Assembly: GCA_963806855.1 (NCBI GenBank)
Contig: CAWDYW010000003.1
Location: 480,001-544,000, forward strand
Reading direction: 5' to 3'
Length of the DNA stretch: 64,000 nt
DNA from: an uncultured Verrucomicrobiae bacterium
GTDB taxonomy: Bacteria > Chlamydiota > Chlamydiia > Chlamydiales > Rhabdochlamydiaceae
The notes under the pieces were generated by a model. It was not told the origin of the DNA. It did not search any database and saw only the letters and a list, made by a program, of their open reading frames with translations. The position numbers were made by a program, and so were the translations under genes. Numbering within the stretch: position 1 is the first letter of the stretch; every line of letters starts with the position of its first letter. Of the stretch, positions 10,936-20,863 are shown in pieces.

Positions 10936-12717
10936 TTAGAAGAGCTTATCGGCTATAAAACACATGGAAGCATTGGTCCAATTTGACTCAGAGATGTTTG
11001 CTGCTGCCACCCCACTGACTGCGTCTATAATAGACATGCCAATTGCTGCCAATGGTCCTAACACGCCAATCACACCAATTGCCATTATTCCCTTTTTATT
11101 CAAGCGTAATATCGCCCTGCGGCCAAAAGAAAGTGGGTTGTTAGAATACCGATGGCCGTTTTTCGGAAGAAAAGGCGCTCTAGTCAGTCGATTAGAAGAA
11201 CAGTCTAAAAACTCTATTTGGGTTAACTTGTCTATTTCAGAGGGCAATGAGCTGAGATAATTGTGGGAAATATCGAATTGCCGCAGATTAGACAGCTTGC
11301 CAATTTCTGATGGCAAAGAAGTGAGGCAGTTCCAGCTGAGGTCAAGATAGCTCAGTGGAAGGCCAATGATCTCAAGCGGTAAGTCAGTGAAGAGATTTTT
11401 TGAGAGATGAAAGTTGCTCAATGATTGCAGTTGATTCATCTCAGGGGGCAGAGAATGGAGATAATTCCCAGAAAGGTTAAGGGAATGCAAGTTTCTGAGT
11501 GATCCTATTTCCGATGATACAGCCTTGAGGTGATTGTCGCTAAGGACAAGGCCTACTAAATTTACGAGTCCGCCAATTTCAGGAAATGATTCAATTTGAT
11601 TACCGGCGAGCTCAAGAAACTCCAATTGTGAAAGCTCATTGATTTGAGCAGGTAAACAGCTAAGTTGATTATTGCTGACCCCTAGCTTTTGCAATTGCTT
11701 AAGTTGTACGATCTCGATAGGGAGTGTAGTGAATTCATTGTGGCGAAGATCAAGTTCTCTCAGGTTTGTGAGCTGACCGATTTCAGATGGCAATACTCTT
11801 AATAAATTATTAGAAAGATCCAGAGATGTCAAATTGGTGAGCTGACCAATCTCTTTGGGGATCGAAGTTAGAGAAAATGTTACAAACGCTCCGCATAAAG
11901 ATAACTCCGTCAATGCATCAAGGATCTGTCTATTCTGATTAAACCATCCAGTAAATTGATCTGCTCGATTGATCAAATCCTCTAGAGTATGGATGTCATT
12001 AAGCTCCGGGCCTTCCAGATGAGACTGTTTTGCTAATGCACTCCAAAATTTAATTGTATCTCGAGCTTTGAGAAGAGTTTGGTTCTTTTCCCTCCATTCC
12101 CGCAGCTCACCCGCCTTTTCGATTTGCCAAGATGAGGTTACGGATGAAGGATCATCCATGTTAGGCAATTCGATTTGTAAATTGGGAGTCTCGGAATTTA
12201 GATGGTTGATAAGAGTGCGCATGTTATAGAAACTACTTATTTCTTTTCGCCATTTTTGAGCATGGTTAATCTGATCAATTGTCGGTGCTTTTAAGCGTTC
12301 TAGAATGTCCGCTGGCACATCCCATGCCCACATCGGCTTTATATCTGATCGTAGAATGTCGATAAATTGGAGCACCTGCTTATAGATCGGAAGCGGAGAG
12401 GTTTCGTTAATTGGGCAATTGATCCGATTGGCAATAGATTTCCAGACTTGAAAATCCGCTACTTCTTCGTTGGGCCCGGGCGCCGTCGCCGCAAAGTTAG
12501 CCAACTGGGGAAGATCGAAAAAAGAGAGGCAATGAAGGCGAAGCTCCGCGGGTAGCTTCTCGAATTCCAGTGGGGCCGGCTGATCAACAGGAGTTGAGCC
12601 AAACCATTTGGCATAAATTTGTGTGACGAGCCAAGTCAGGCTCTGTCCAATGGAAGAGGGAGGAATGGGCCTTCCTTGGATGGGCTCGAATGCATGAGGG
12701 TCGACTCTTAATGACAT
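10936..12717 (-). CDS. F-box-like + leucine-rich repeat protein with C-terminal TM (putative effector)
   Basis: FEKLPAELRLHCLSFF...W F-box, about 11 LRRs of 23 aa, hydrophobic tail. Confidence 0.88.
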   Translation of the reverse strand: MSLRVDPHAFEPIQGRPIPPSSIGQSLTWLVTQIYAKWFGSTPVDQPAPLEFEKLPAELRLHCLSFFDLPQLANFAATAPGPNEEVADFQVWKSIANRINCPINETSPLPIYKQVLQFIDILRSDIKPMWAWDVPADILERLKAPTIDQINHAQKWRKEISSFYNMRTLINHLNSETPNLQIELPNMDDPSSVTSSWQIEKAGELREWREKNQTLLKARDTIKFWSALAKQSHLEGPELNDIHTLEDLINRADQFTGWFNQNRQILDALTELSLCGAFVTFSLTSIPKEIGQLTNLTSLDLSNNLLRVLPSEIGQLTNLRELDLRHNEFTTLPIEIVQLKQLQKLGVSNNQLSCLPAQINELSQLEFLELAGNQIESFPEIGGLVNLVGLVLSDNHLKAVSSEIGSLRNLHSLNLSGNYLHSLPPEMNQLQSLSNFHLSKNLFTDLPLEIIGLPLSYLDLSWNCLTSLPSEIGKLSNLRQFDISHNYLSSLPSEIDKLTQIEFLDCSSNRLTRAPFLPKNGHRYSNNPLSFGRRAILRLNKKGIMAIGVIGVLGPLAAIGMSIIDAVSGVAAANISESNWTNASMCFIADKLF

Positions 12718-12885
12718 TATAATTTCCTTGGATAATTTAATGATAAGTATAATTAAAATCTTATTAAATGTAAAGTAAATTAATCAATATGCATTTATGA
12801 TGTAAGTCATTGAATATCAAAAAAGTGTCCAGCCTGCTTTGCAAAATTGATTGATTTTTCCAAATGATTTTTTCATAATTACGTT

Positions 12886-14079
12886 ATGAAATTGTTTAAA
12901 AGGATAACACGGATAATCTGTTTTGCAACATCGTCCGTTCTTTTAGCTGAAGGGGAGACCACCTATCCGCCGCAGGATTATCATCTTCAATGTGACTGGG
13001 GATTATTCCTCACAGTCGATTTCTTATACTGGTATGCGAATGAAAGTAACTTAGTATGGGGCTCAAAAACGAAAGTCAAAAATTTTGGAGGGTTAAAAGG
13101 AGTTGCAGCTCCAATCAGACATTTTCATTTCGATACGGAGTGGAGCCCGGGCGTTCGGTTTGGAATCGGCAAGAATATCGGCTGTGATGATTGGGACCTT
13201 TTTCTAAATTGGCTATATATCCACAATTCAGCGACAGACTCCGCTCACTTTCCTTGGGGGGAAAATCCAATCCCGGATATCGGGCAAGACGCTATCTATA
13301 ATCCCTGGGCATATGGTTCATGGTTTAACGAATCTTTTTGGCAAAATGGCACATCTAGTTGGGCACTCAATTTTGATCTGATGGATTTTGAACTCGGGCG
13401 AAAATTATGGTTAAGCCCCTGCTTTACCTTGAGACCCTTTGCGGGCCTTAGAGGGACATGGTTACATACTCGATATCGAATCAAAACGAATTCAGCTATG
13501 CCAGGGTTCACACAATTTAACCCTGCCCTCATCACGACAGCTCAATTTATCCCCTTTTTTCAAGAGAATGCAAATTTCATAAGAAACAATTATTGGGGGA
13601 TAGGGCTGCTTGGAGGTTTGCAACCCACTTGGGCAATCTGCAACAATTTGTTTATTTTTGGTAGTTGGGGTGGGTCGCTTGTTTGGGGGAGATTTTTTGG
13701 ATCTAACCTTGTCAGAGCGCGATTTCAGGGAGTATTGATTTCCCCTGGAGATGGAGAAATCCCCAGAGAATTTTCCCTTAAAAATCATGAAAAAGAGGGA
13801 TTCCACAGAATTCAAGCGATGTTAGATCTAGCCCTGGGTCTTCATTGGGAAGCTAGTTGGTTTTGTCAGCGCCTTAGCACATCATTAGATGTTAGTTGGG
13901 AGTACCATTATTGGCCGAACTTCGGACTGCGGCATCAAACGACCGGCTCATTTACCGATGATACGCTCTCTGTGCTAAACATTCATGACCACTCCAATAC
14001 CTACTTTCAAACAGATAGCCAACTGGTTACCGATCTAACACTCGGCGGTTTAGTGATCCGCGGGAGAATCGACTTCTAG
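12886..14079 (+). CDS. MOMP-like / Lpg1974-type outer-membrane beta-barrel porin
   Basis: Signal peptide, DFLYW, PGVRFGIG, C-terminal GLVIRGRIDF. Confidence 0.85.
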   Translation: MKLFKRITRIICFATSSVLLAEGETTYPPQDYHLQCDWGLFLTVDFLYWYANESNLVWGSKTKVKNFGGLKGVAAPIRHFHFDTEWSPGVRFGIGKNIGCDDWDLFLNWLYIHNSATDSAHFPWGENPIPDIGQDAIYNPWAYGSWFNESFWQNGTSSWALNFDLMDFELGRKLWLSPCFTLRPFAGLRGTWLHTRYRIKTNSAMPGFTQFNPALITTAQFIPFFQENANFIRNNYWGIGLLGGLQPTWAICNNLFIFGSWGGSLVWGRFFGSNLVRARFQGVLISPGDGEIPREFSLKNHEKEGFHRIQAMLDLALGLHWEASWFCQRLSTSLDVSWEYHYWPNFGLRHQTTGSFTDDTLSVLNIHDHSNTYFQTDSQLVTDLTLGGLVIRGRIDF

Positions 14080-15849
14080 TTAGGCGTGTATTTCCACCCA
14101 ATTTTTTAGAGTCTCGCTCGCTGCATTAAGACGAACGGCGGCCTCTTTGACCTCTTCACTCGAACCGGCTTTATCAGGATGCACTTCTGTCCGCATCAGT
14201 TGTCGAAAAGCTCCTTTGTATAAGGATGCTCCTTCTTTTTTGAGAGCCTCCATTGTAAAGCTTGGGGAGATCATCATTAAAGCATGCTCTGGACACTGAG
14301 GATTTAGCTCTGGTTTACGTAGGCGATCGAGTGTGCTTAGGCCGGCTAATGTTGAGGGATGAATATCTTCGCATTGACTGACATCTATCGGATCATCGCC
14401 AATTTTGTATCTGTCTTTCATAAAACGTAAATATTCTTGATAGGCCTCATGATATGCATCTTCGTCGTTACGGGTAGCCCACATTTTGAATAAATAGGAG
14501 CCGATTAAGCAAAACTCGTAACCCGCTTTGCAATGTTGATATAACGAGTGGAATGAATTGGCCGTATTCACACTGTAAACGACGACATTTCGTGCCACAG
14601 CCCCATTACGATAGCCCACGTTGCTCCAACATTTTTTTAATCCGTCAAGTGCCGAGCGGGCAACATGATAGGTCCGCCATGCTTGAAATCCGACATTCAA
14701 CGGCGGGATCACTGCGAGACCAAGAAAACCAAGCCATGCGACAGTTTTTTTCCATGATTTATCTAAGTTTGTGACCAAAAGACCAAATTCACTAGAGGAT
14801 ACAACAACCGCCGATCCTAAAACTAAATAACGGGCTGATTCCGAAGACACCCACCCACCAGCTACTGCCATTGTCGAGAGCCAGAAGAGTGTAGTCGATG
14901 CAAATAACAGGCTCTGTGCTGGGGAAAGCGATAGGGGGTCCCTTTGATAGGCGCTTGTTCCAAACAAGGCTAATGGTGACATCCCCTGGTTATCAAGTAA
15001 TGTAGGGTTGGCTCCGGCTTTAATTAGCGTTTCAGCAAATCGGAGATTTTCTTTTGCAGCAGCATAATGAAGAGGAGTTGCGCCTTTAGAGTTTGCCGAA
15101 TTTAGATTAAGCTTAAGATCGATGAGTCGTTGTAAAATTTCTGGTGATCCGCTCAGAGCTGCAAAATGGAGAAGAGATTCGCCTTCACGGCTGAGTAGTT
15201 TAACATCTGCGCCTAATTCAATGAGTTTGTTAACAGCAGCAAGTTGTTTCCCTAGAATTGCATAATGCATCGGAGCTAGTCCTTTTGCATCGAGAGCGTC
15301 AATTTTGTCCTTGGAAAGCTTTTCTAGATCGCCTTGATAGGCTGCTTTGCTGGCAGGACTTAAACTTTTTACATCCACTGTTGAGATGTTTTGAAGCTTG
15401 CTTTGCAATTGGTTCACATGAATTGCCGAACCTTTACATTTGATTTGCTCTTGGACTTCTTTCAGGTCCGTTCCTATCTTTTTGCCTATGATGGTGGCCA
15501 GGATGTTTTCACTTCCCATCAAAACTGCATGATCGATCGCGCTTAAGTTCTGAAAATCTTTAATTTCTGGATCTGCTCCATGAGCAAGGAGTGCACCCAC
15601 GATTTCTGGTTGGTTCGTACGGATGGCAAAATGAAGAGGCATTTCTCCATTTGGAAGAGGCTTATTTACGTCAATTGCTGGAGTGAGGTATTTTGTCGCA
15701 AAATCGGTAGCTCCGAATTTAATCGCATCTTGAATATCTGAACCGCAAGGTTGTGATGGTGGGGGAAGAGTCGATGTTTGGACTGGCTTGGGGTCTGATG
15801 CGAACCAATCGCAAAGATTAAATGGGTTAGATGAAACAGTATTGGGCAT
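14080..15849 (-). CDS. Ankyrin-repeat, TM, C-terminal J-domain-like protein (putative effector)
   Basis: GEMPLHFA and GATPLHYAA repeats, hydrophobic helices, FRQLMRTEVHPDK...LNAASETL. Confidence 0.85.
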   Translation of the reverse strand: MPNTVSSNPFNLCDWFASDPKPVQTSTLPPPSQPCGSDIQDAIKFGATDFATKYLTPAIDVNKPLPNGEMPLHFAIRTNQPEIVGALLAHGADPEIKDFQNLSAIDHAVLMGSENILATIIGKKIGTDLKEVQEQIKCKGSAIHVNQLQSKLQNISTVDVKSLSPASKAAYQGDLEKLSKDKIDALDAKGLAPMHYAILGKQLAAVNKLIELGADVKLLSREGESLLHFAALSGSPEILQRLIDLKLNLNSANSKGATPLHYAAAKENLRFAETLIKAGANPTLLDNQGMSPLALFGTSAYQRDPLSLSPAQSLLFASTTLFWLSTMAVAGGWVSSESARYLVLGSAVVVSSSEFGLLVTNLDKSWKKTVAWLGFLGLAVIPPLNVGFQAWRTYHVARSALDGLKKCWSNVGYRNGAVARNVVVYSVNTANSFHSLYQHCKAGYEFCLIGSYLFKMWATRNDEDAYHEAYQEYLRFMKDRYKIGDDPIDVSQCEDIHPSTLAGLSTLDRLRKPELNPQCPEHALMMISPSFTMEALKKEGASLYKGAFRQLMRTEVHPDKAGSSEEVKEAAVRLNAASETLKNWVEIHA

Positions 15850-15969
15850 ATTGATCTCCTTTTAAGTTTATTTGGGAATATTATACCAGAAAAACCATTA
15901 AGGATATATAAAGAATTGATGGAAAAATAATTTTACTTATCCGAGTAATCGTGAGAGACAATCACTGAA

Positions 15970-16415
15970 TTAAGCCTTTTCAACTGCAATGTAGGCTTGG
16001 TTGGGGGAATTTTCCTGTTCGGGGTAAAGGTATCTTAACTTTCCTTCATGGATTAAAGGGGTAAGGTGATTCCTCACTAAATTTTTTTTGTCTTTTTTTC
16101 TTAGTAATTCTGCAAGTTCTTGAGCGGAAAGAGGTTGCCAGCAACAAAGTTCATAGATTGTAGATCTAAGTTCTTCATTTTTAGGATGTTTAGGCAGTTC
16201 GTGCAATTTTAATTGTAATTTCTTGGGTAAATCTTTTCTCCTTATTTTTCTATTGAACTGGTGTGTTTCCTCTCCTAATAACTGGTGTGTCAAATCGACA
16301 TTGAACTGGTGTGTATCTTCTTTAAATCGATCGATTTTTTCATCTGTAGGTGTGGCCTTTCGTGTTGCCGCTGGGTGGATAGGGATAGTTGTCAGGAAGT
16401 AGCTATAGTTTTCAT
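15970..16415 (-). pseudogene. 3' fragment (THQ linker repeats + wHTH) of the AlbA_2 gene interrupted by the IscB element
   Basis: ENYSYFLTTIPIHP...LRYLYPEQENSPNQAY; joins in frame to 18061-18796 when 16416-18060 is removed. Confidence 0.8.
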
Positions 16416-16444
16416 CCTGTTTGACAGCGCGGAAACCCAGTCCT

Positions 16445-17758
16445 TTAGGACTGGGAGGAAGCGCTCCTCCTTGTTGTAAATTTTTTTGAAATAGACGGAT
16501 AGTGATATCCATCAGAGCGTTGAATAAGGCGGCAATCTTTCCAGTTGATACCTTGGATAACTCCCTCTTCAGTCTGTATATTAAAGCTGCCAGAGGCACG
16601 AACAGCTACCCGTCCTGTGTATTGACCTACTTTTTTACCCTTTAAGACTTTCGCTATTACCCGATCACCTGTTTGGAATCCACGCGCTCGTTTCTGTCTT
16701 GTCAAAATCCCTCGACGGGATCCAAAACGATCTAACCGAGTTCTTTGATAAGACCCTCTTCCAGTGCAATGAATCTGTTGAATTGGCTTTTGCCAGTTGT
16801 GCAGCTCTGAAAATGTTCCGGTGCACGCTGCGTCCAGTGCATGTGTTTTTGGAATATGTAAACGAATCCGGTTATATTTGGTTTGCCCTCCGGTTCCTGC
16901 CTCAAATGCTATAGGCAACTCTTTCAAACAGCGCGTCAGTGCATTGCGCGTACTGTTCACTGCGGCAGCATCATGAAATCTGGCTGCTTTAGAAATTGTT
17001 AGAGCTTGTTCAGGAGCAAATTGCTCAAGTGATGAGTTTCCTTTTTTTAAATTGCAGCTGCCACATGCAAGAGTCAGGTTATCGATCTTATTGGATCCTC
17101 CGCGGCTGCGAGGTTCAATATGGTCGATTTGCAGGGGAACTTCTTTCGCGTTGCAATAGACACATTTTCGACCCCATTTTTCAAGAAGGTATTCCCGAAT
17201 CTCATAACCAAAAAGGGTTCCTTGTTGGTATTCAACTCCGCCTATTTCAGGATTCGTGAGTTTCTGTACATCAAAACGGACAGTTTCACAGGTGATAGCG
17301 GTGAGGGGAATGTAGCGCATTAAACGCTTTGTCCAGTTCACGACCGCATCGACTCGATGCTGCAATGAGGGTGCAATCCATCCCGCTTTTCGACACCTGT
17401 TAGCAAAGCGAGGAGCTCGATACCGTAATTTAGATCTCCGTTGTTTTCGCATACCTGAGCGTGCTATTAGCCTTTCACTAATTGTGCGTCCACGATGACG
17501 AATTTCCATGAGAGAGAGAACTGTTTGCTTCTCTCCATTTTCTAAAACGATAGCAACTCCTGTATTTATACTTCCCGGGTCAATTTTAATACGCGCTGGT
17601 TGCAAAACTGAAGTCTGCACTGTACGGTCGACTAAACGAATGACGAAGGGATACATAGAATGTATCCGTGCCCTTTTTTTAGTTAGCAGGCGCTTTGCTC
17701 TTCTTTCAGAGCAAGGCATTAACGGTGTATGATTTTTATCTAATACTAAAACAGCCAA
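16445..17758 (-). CDS. iscB: RNA-guided endonuclease IscB
   Basis: PLMP, RuvC-I IDPGS, Arg-rich bridge helix, RuvC-II ETVRFD, HNH CVYC..IDHIEPRSRGGSN..NL..AC..CN, RuvC-III KTHALDA; SD AGGAGAG. Confidence 0.96.
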   Translation of the reverse strand: MAVLVLDKNHTPLMPCSERRAKRLLTKKRARIHSMYPFVIRLVDRTVQTSVLQPARIKIDPGSINTGVAIVLENGEKQTVLSLMEIRHRGRTISERLIARSGMRKQRRSKLRYRAPRFANRCRKAGWIAPSLQHRVDAVVNWTKRLMRYIPLTAITCETVRFDVQKLTNPEIGGVEYQQGTLFGYEIREYLLEKWGRKCVYCNAKEVPLQIDHIEPRSRGGSNKIDNLTLACGSCNLKKGNSSLEQFAPEQALTISKAARFHDAAAVNSTRNALTRCLKELPIAFEAGTGGQTKYNRIRLHIPKTHALDAACTGTFSELHNWQKPIQQIHCTGRGSYQRTRLDRFGSRRGILTRQKRARGFQTGDRVIAKVLKGKKVGQYTGRVAVRASGSFNIQTEEGVIQGINWKDCRLIQRSDGYHYPSISKKFTTRRSASSQS

Positions 17759-17774
17759 TGACTGTCTCTCCTTA

Positions 17775-18060
17775 AAAACACTAAAAAATTGCCATTACTG
17801 GCCTTGTAACGCCCCATCTACTTACGCTTCTGGGGTCTCCCCTCGGGAATGTTGTAACACAGGCATCACGTAGCAATCCGTTTCGTCCTTACCCTATCGG
17901 TTGTCTGCAACCGCTACTTCCAGAGTCCGGAGCTGAGGAAGCACTCCGGAGTGGGTCTTTAACCTTGTTACAACGTAGCGGGTTGGTTACCGCTTTCCCT
18001 GTTCAACTTAGGCTTGTTAGTCTCCCTCCAAGCCTCTCCCTTCAGGGAGGGGTAGTTGAC
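17775..18060 (-). ncRNA. omegaRNA (HEARO) scaffold
   Basis: About 290 nt of structured noncoding sequence upstream of iscB with GGCTT/AAGCC, CTACGTT, TGCTTCCTCAGC..CTCTG, AACATTCCCGAGG. The 3' boundary is approximate. Confidence 0.88.
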
Positions 18061-18796
18061 TGTGGAAATCAACAATATCAATTTGGGCGTAGGGGAAAAA
18101 TTTTTCAGGATTAGGATGGAACATCATCAACCCGATATTGAGCGGCTTTAGATATTCATCTGGGCCTTGAGCGATTTGCATTTGTCGGCAGAGATGGGGT
18201 AGGGGAATTTTATCGACAGCTTGGAGAAGATCGCTCTTTATTTTTCTGAGGAAATCTTTGATGAGACCGATGTTCAGGTCTTTGAGTTCAGCTTGATGGC
18301 AAATCCGATCGTCGAAAGGAACTTGGTTGGAGAGTTCGAGCAGTTTGGGAATGTCTTGTGTCAATGCCTTTACAGTTGTCGAATTGCGCCGAAAATAATA
18401 GGCATAAGGTGCGCCTTTTCCCAATGTTTCAGGCGCTTGATAGGGCCTTGCTTGTCCTCCTGGACACCAGATGACGAGGATCATTCTCCCTTGAAAATTC
18501 ACTGGAGCCACAATAGGGTGATACTGAGGTCGAAGTTTGTGGCCAAATTCGACAAGCTCTTTTTGGATTTTGTCGATCTGATTTAGTGCTATTCCTACTG
18601 GTGGAAAAACTGGCTGTTCCTTTTCCTCTACACCGATAATGAGATAGCCTCCGCCCCAATTGTTTATATCATTGGCAAAGGCACAGATTGTACGAATGAC
18701 CTCTTCTGGATTCCACCCTTTCTTAAACTCAAGTCGTTCCCATTCGACGACTTGTCCTGTGAGCAGTTCTTCAATGTTGATAGGAAGTGCGGGCAT
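18061..18796 (-). pseudogene. 5' fragment of an AlbA_2-domain ATP-binding protein, interrupted
   Basis: MPALPINIEELL..VEWERLEFKKGWNP..CAFANDINNWGGGYLIIGV; reads into the element after DFH. Confidence 0.85.
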
Positions 18797-18864
18797 GCTA
18801 AAAAGTTGGTTTTCTCTGTTTTGGCAACAGATTTTTTCATTAAAATAAGCTAAGAGCCTATTTT

Positions 18865-18898
18865 TTACAAGCGCAATAGTCGCAAGCTTATTGTGCCC
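18865..18898 (-). repeat. Degenerate displaced copy of the zntA 3' end (copy 3)
   Basis: GGG CAC AAT (A) AGC TTG CGA CTA TTG CGC TTG TAA versus gene GLNSLRLLRK*. Confidence 0.65.
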
Positions 18899-18909
18899 GC
18901 GCAAGGACT

Positions 18910-20733
18910 TTAGGCTTTAAGCAATTCGGTACTGTTTCTCCAAAATTCTCCGATCTTATTCGCGGTGAATGAGAGGGCATTTAAGGCCATTTCTTGATGT
19001 GAATAGACTCCATAGGCAACAGCTAACGAAGCTGTTCCGATAAGGGCGTTTTTTAGGGTCGCACTCTTTTGAACGAAGGTCCTGATTTTGTAACGCCATG
19101 AGAGGGGATTGCTCCCATATTGCCAATCGCCATTATTGTTAGGATGCTGAAGCAGTTCTCTTGGTAGATCGGTTAGTTGATTATTATAACAGTTAAAAGA
19201 TGCCAGACGAGTTAATTTGCCAATTTCGGGGGGCAGCGAGATGAGTTGATTGTGGGATAAGGACAGATAGTTTATCTGGGTGAACTCGCCGATTACGGAA
19301 GGCAATGAGGTAATGAAGTTATTAATGAGAGTAAGGCACTGTAAAAGAGGGAGTCTAATATGCTCGAGGGGAAAGGAAGTGAATAGATTATCATTTAAGT
19401 AAAGATGCCTTAAGGAGTTTAATTGGGACATCTCTTTGGGCAATGAGCTGAGATAATTAGAGTTCATCCCAATTTTTTCTAATTTTTCAAGTTGTCCTAT
19501 CATAGGAGGGAGTTCTTGGATTTGATTTCCGCTAAGAAAAAGGTGTGTTAATTCGAAGAGCTCGCCAATCTGTTGTGGGAATGATCGGAATAGGTTCTCG
19601 CTTATATCAAGGATTTGCAATTGTGAGAGCTTACCGATTTCAGCAGGCAAATTAGAAAGTTGATTTCCGCTGAGCTTGAGTTTTTTCAAACGAGAAAGAT
19701 CTCCGATCGTAGGCGGGATGGAGGTGAGGCAATTGCGTGAAACTTTTAGCTTAGTTAAGTTTGGAAGGCGGTCAATTCCAGTAGGCAATTCAGTCAGGTT
19801 ATTTCTGCTAAGATCAAGTTCGGTCAATCCAGTCAACGCTCCAATTTCTATAGGGAGTGAAGTGAGATCGCGTTTACTAATTCTTAAATGAGTCAACTGA
19901 GCGAGAGCTTCTCTGTGTTCATGAAACCAAGCAGGAAATTGGCCTGCAAAATGGAGAATATCTTCTAAGGTAAAAACATTCTCAAGTCCTGGAGGACGTG
20001 GCAATCTCAACGCTCGTATTAAAGAAGCCTGAAACATGCATGTGTCTCGGGCTTTGACCAAAGCATTATTTTCTCTCAACCATTGACGAAGCTCATTTGC
20101 TTTTTCGATCTCTAAAGATGAGGCAGGAAAATTCGGATCAAGATCAGGATATGCTAATTCTAATGCTATATTGGGGAAGTCACGAGGTATAGATTTTATG
20201 CGCCCAATAAGGCTTTTTAAATTTTTGAGATCATTATGCGCCTTAAGCCATTTCTGCATATGCTTGATCTCTTTAATTGTGGGCGCTTTCAGCATTCTTG
20301 TAATATCTGCCGGTCTATTTACGATGCTTTTTACTTCACATTGCAAATGCTTAATAAAGCGAAGTACTTGGTGATAAATAGGGAGGGAAGACTTATCGTT
20401 GATTGGGCAGTTGATCTGATTAGCAATGGATCGCCAGACTTGAGGGTCTGAGACAAATGCATTTGGACTCTTAGCCGTTCTGCTAAACTGAGCCAGTAAA
20501 GGGAGATCGAATCGAGAGAGCAACGCAACTTTAAGTTCATCAGGCAATTCTGCAAAATCAAGCAGGGGGGGCGCTTCTGGCGTCACTACAGGATCGATGG
20601 CAGGGGGAGTGGATGGAATTATTTTTGTATAGACTGTAGTAACCAACTTTGCCAGAGTTTCTCTTATCGAAAGCTCTTCGGTAGGTTGAGGCCAAGGTTG
20701 AAAAGGCTGTCTTTCAATTATTTTTGTTGTCAT
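18910..20733 (-). CDS. F-box-like + LRR protein (putative effector)
   Basis: FAELPDELKVALLSRF F-box, about 11 LRRs, C-terminal hydrophobic segment. Confidence 0.9.
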   Translation of the reverse strand: MTTKIIERQPFQPWPQPTEELSIRETLAKLVTTVYTKIIPSTPPAIDPVVTPEAPPLLDFAELPDELKVALLSRFDLPLLAQFSRTAKSPNAFVSDPQVWRSIANQINCPINDKSSLPIYHQVLRFIKHLQCEVKSIVNRPADITRMLKAPTIKEIKHMQKWLKAHNDLKNLKSLIGRIKSIPRDFPNIALELAYPDLDPNFPASSLEIEKANELRQWLRENNALVKARDTCMFQASLIRALRLPRPPGLENVFTLEDILHFAGQFPAWFHEHREALAQLTHLRISKRDLTSLPIEIGALTGLTELDLSRNNLTELPTGIDRLPNLTKLKVSRNCLTSIPPTIGDLSRLKKLKLSGNQLSNLPAEIGKLSQLQILDISENLFRSFPQQIGELFELTHLFLSGNQIQELPPMIGQLEKLEKIGMNSNYLSSLPKEMSQLNSLRHLYLNDNLFTSFPLEHIRLPLLQCLTLINNFITSLPSVIGEFTQINYLSLSHNQLISLPPEIGKLTRLASFNCYNNQLTDLPRELLQHPNNNGDWQYGSNPLSWRYKIRTFVQKSATLKNALIGTASLAVAYGVYSHQEMALNALSFTANKIGEFWRNSTELLKA

Positions 20734-20784
20734 TTTAATTAATTATATTAAATTTGATATTAAATTTCTATATAAACAATTTTT

Positions 20785-20826
20785 TTATTTACGCAATAGT
20801 CGAAGACTATTGAGCCCTAAGATTAC
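20785..20826 (-). repeat. Displaced copy of the zntA 3' end (copy 2)
   Basis: GTA ATC TTA GGG CTC AAT AGT CTT CGA CTA TTG CGT AAA TAA = VILGLNSLRLLRK*; gene copy at 22727-22768. Confidence 0.88.
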
Positions 20827-20863
20827 TTTTGGGGGGCCAAGGTATAATTCCCGTGCAGGGACT

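Larger units (their letters stand above)
16416..18060 (-). mobile_element. IS200/IS605-superfamily IscB element, non-autonomous (no tnpA)
   Basis: 5' end GTCAACTACCCC with hairpin 18033-18052, 3' subterminal hairpin 16436-16455, followed by ATGA. Removal restores the host frame. Confidence 0.9.

Noticed and set aside
15930..15960. Possible fourth zntA tail (CGA TTA CTC ... AAG TAA on the minus strand)
   Set aside because: Too short and degenerate to distinguish from chance.
16416..16599. ORF 15970-16599 as an independent gene
   Set aside because: Its first 61 codons are an alternate frame of the IscB element; only 15970-16415 is host gene.
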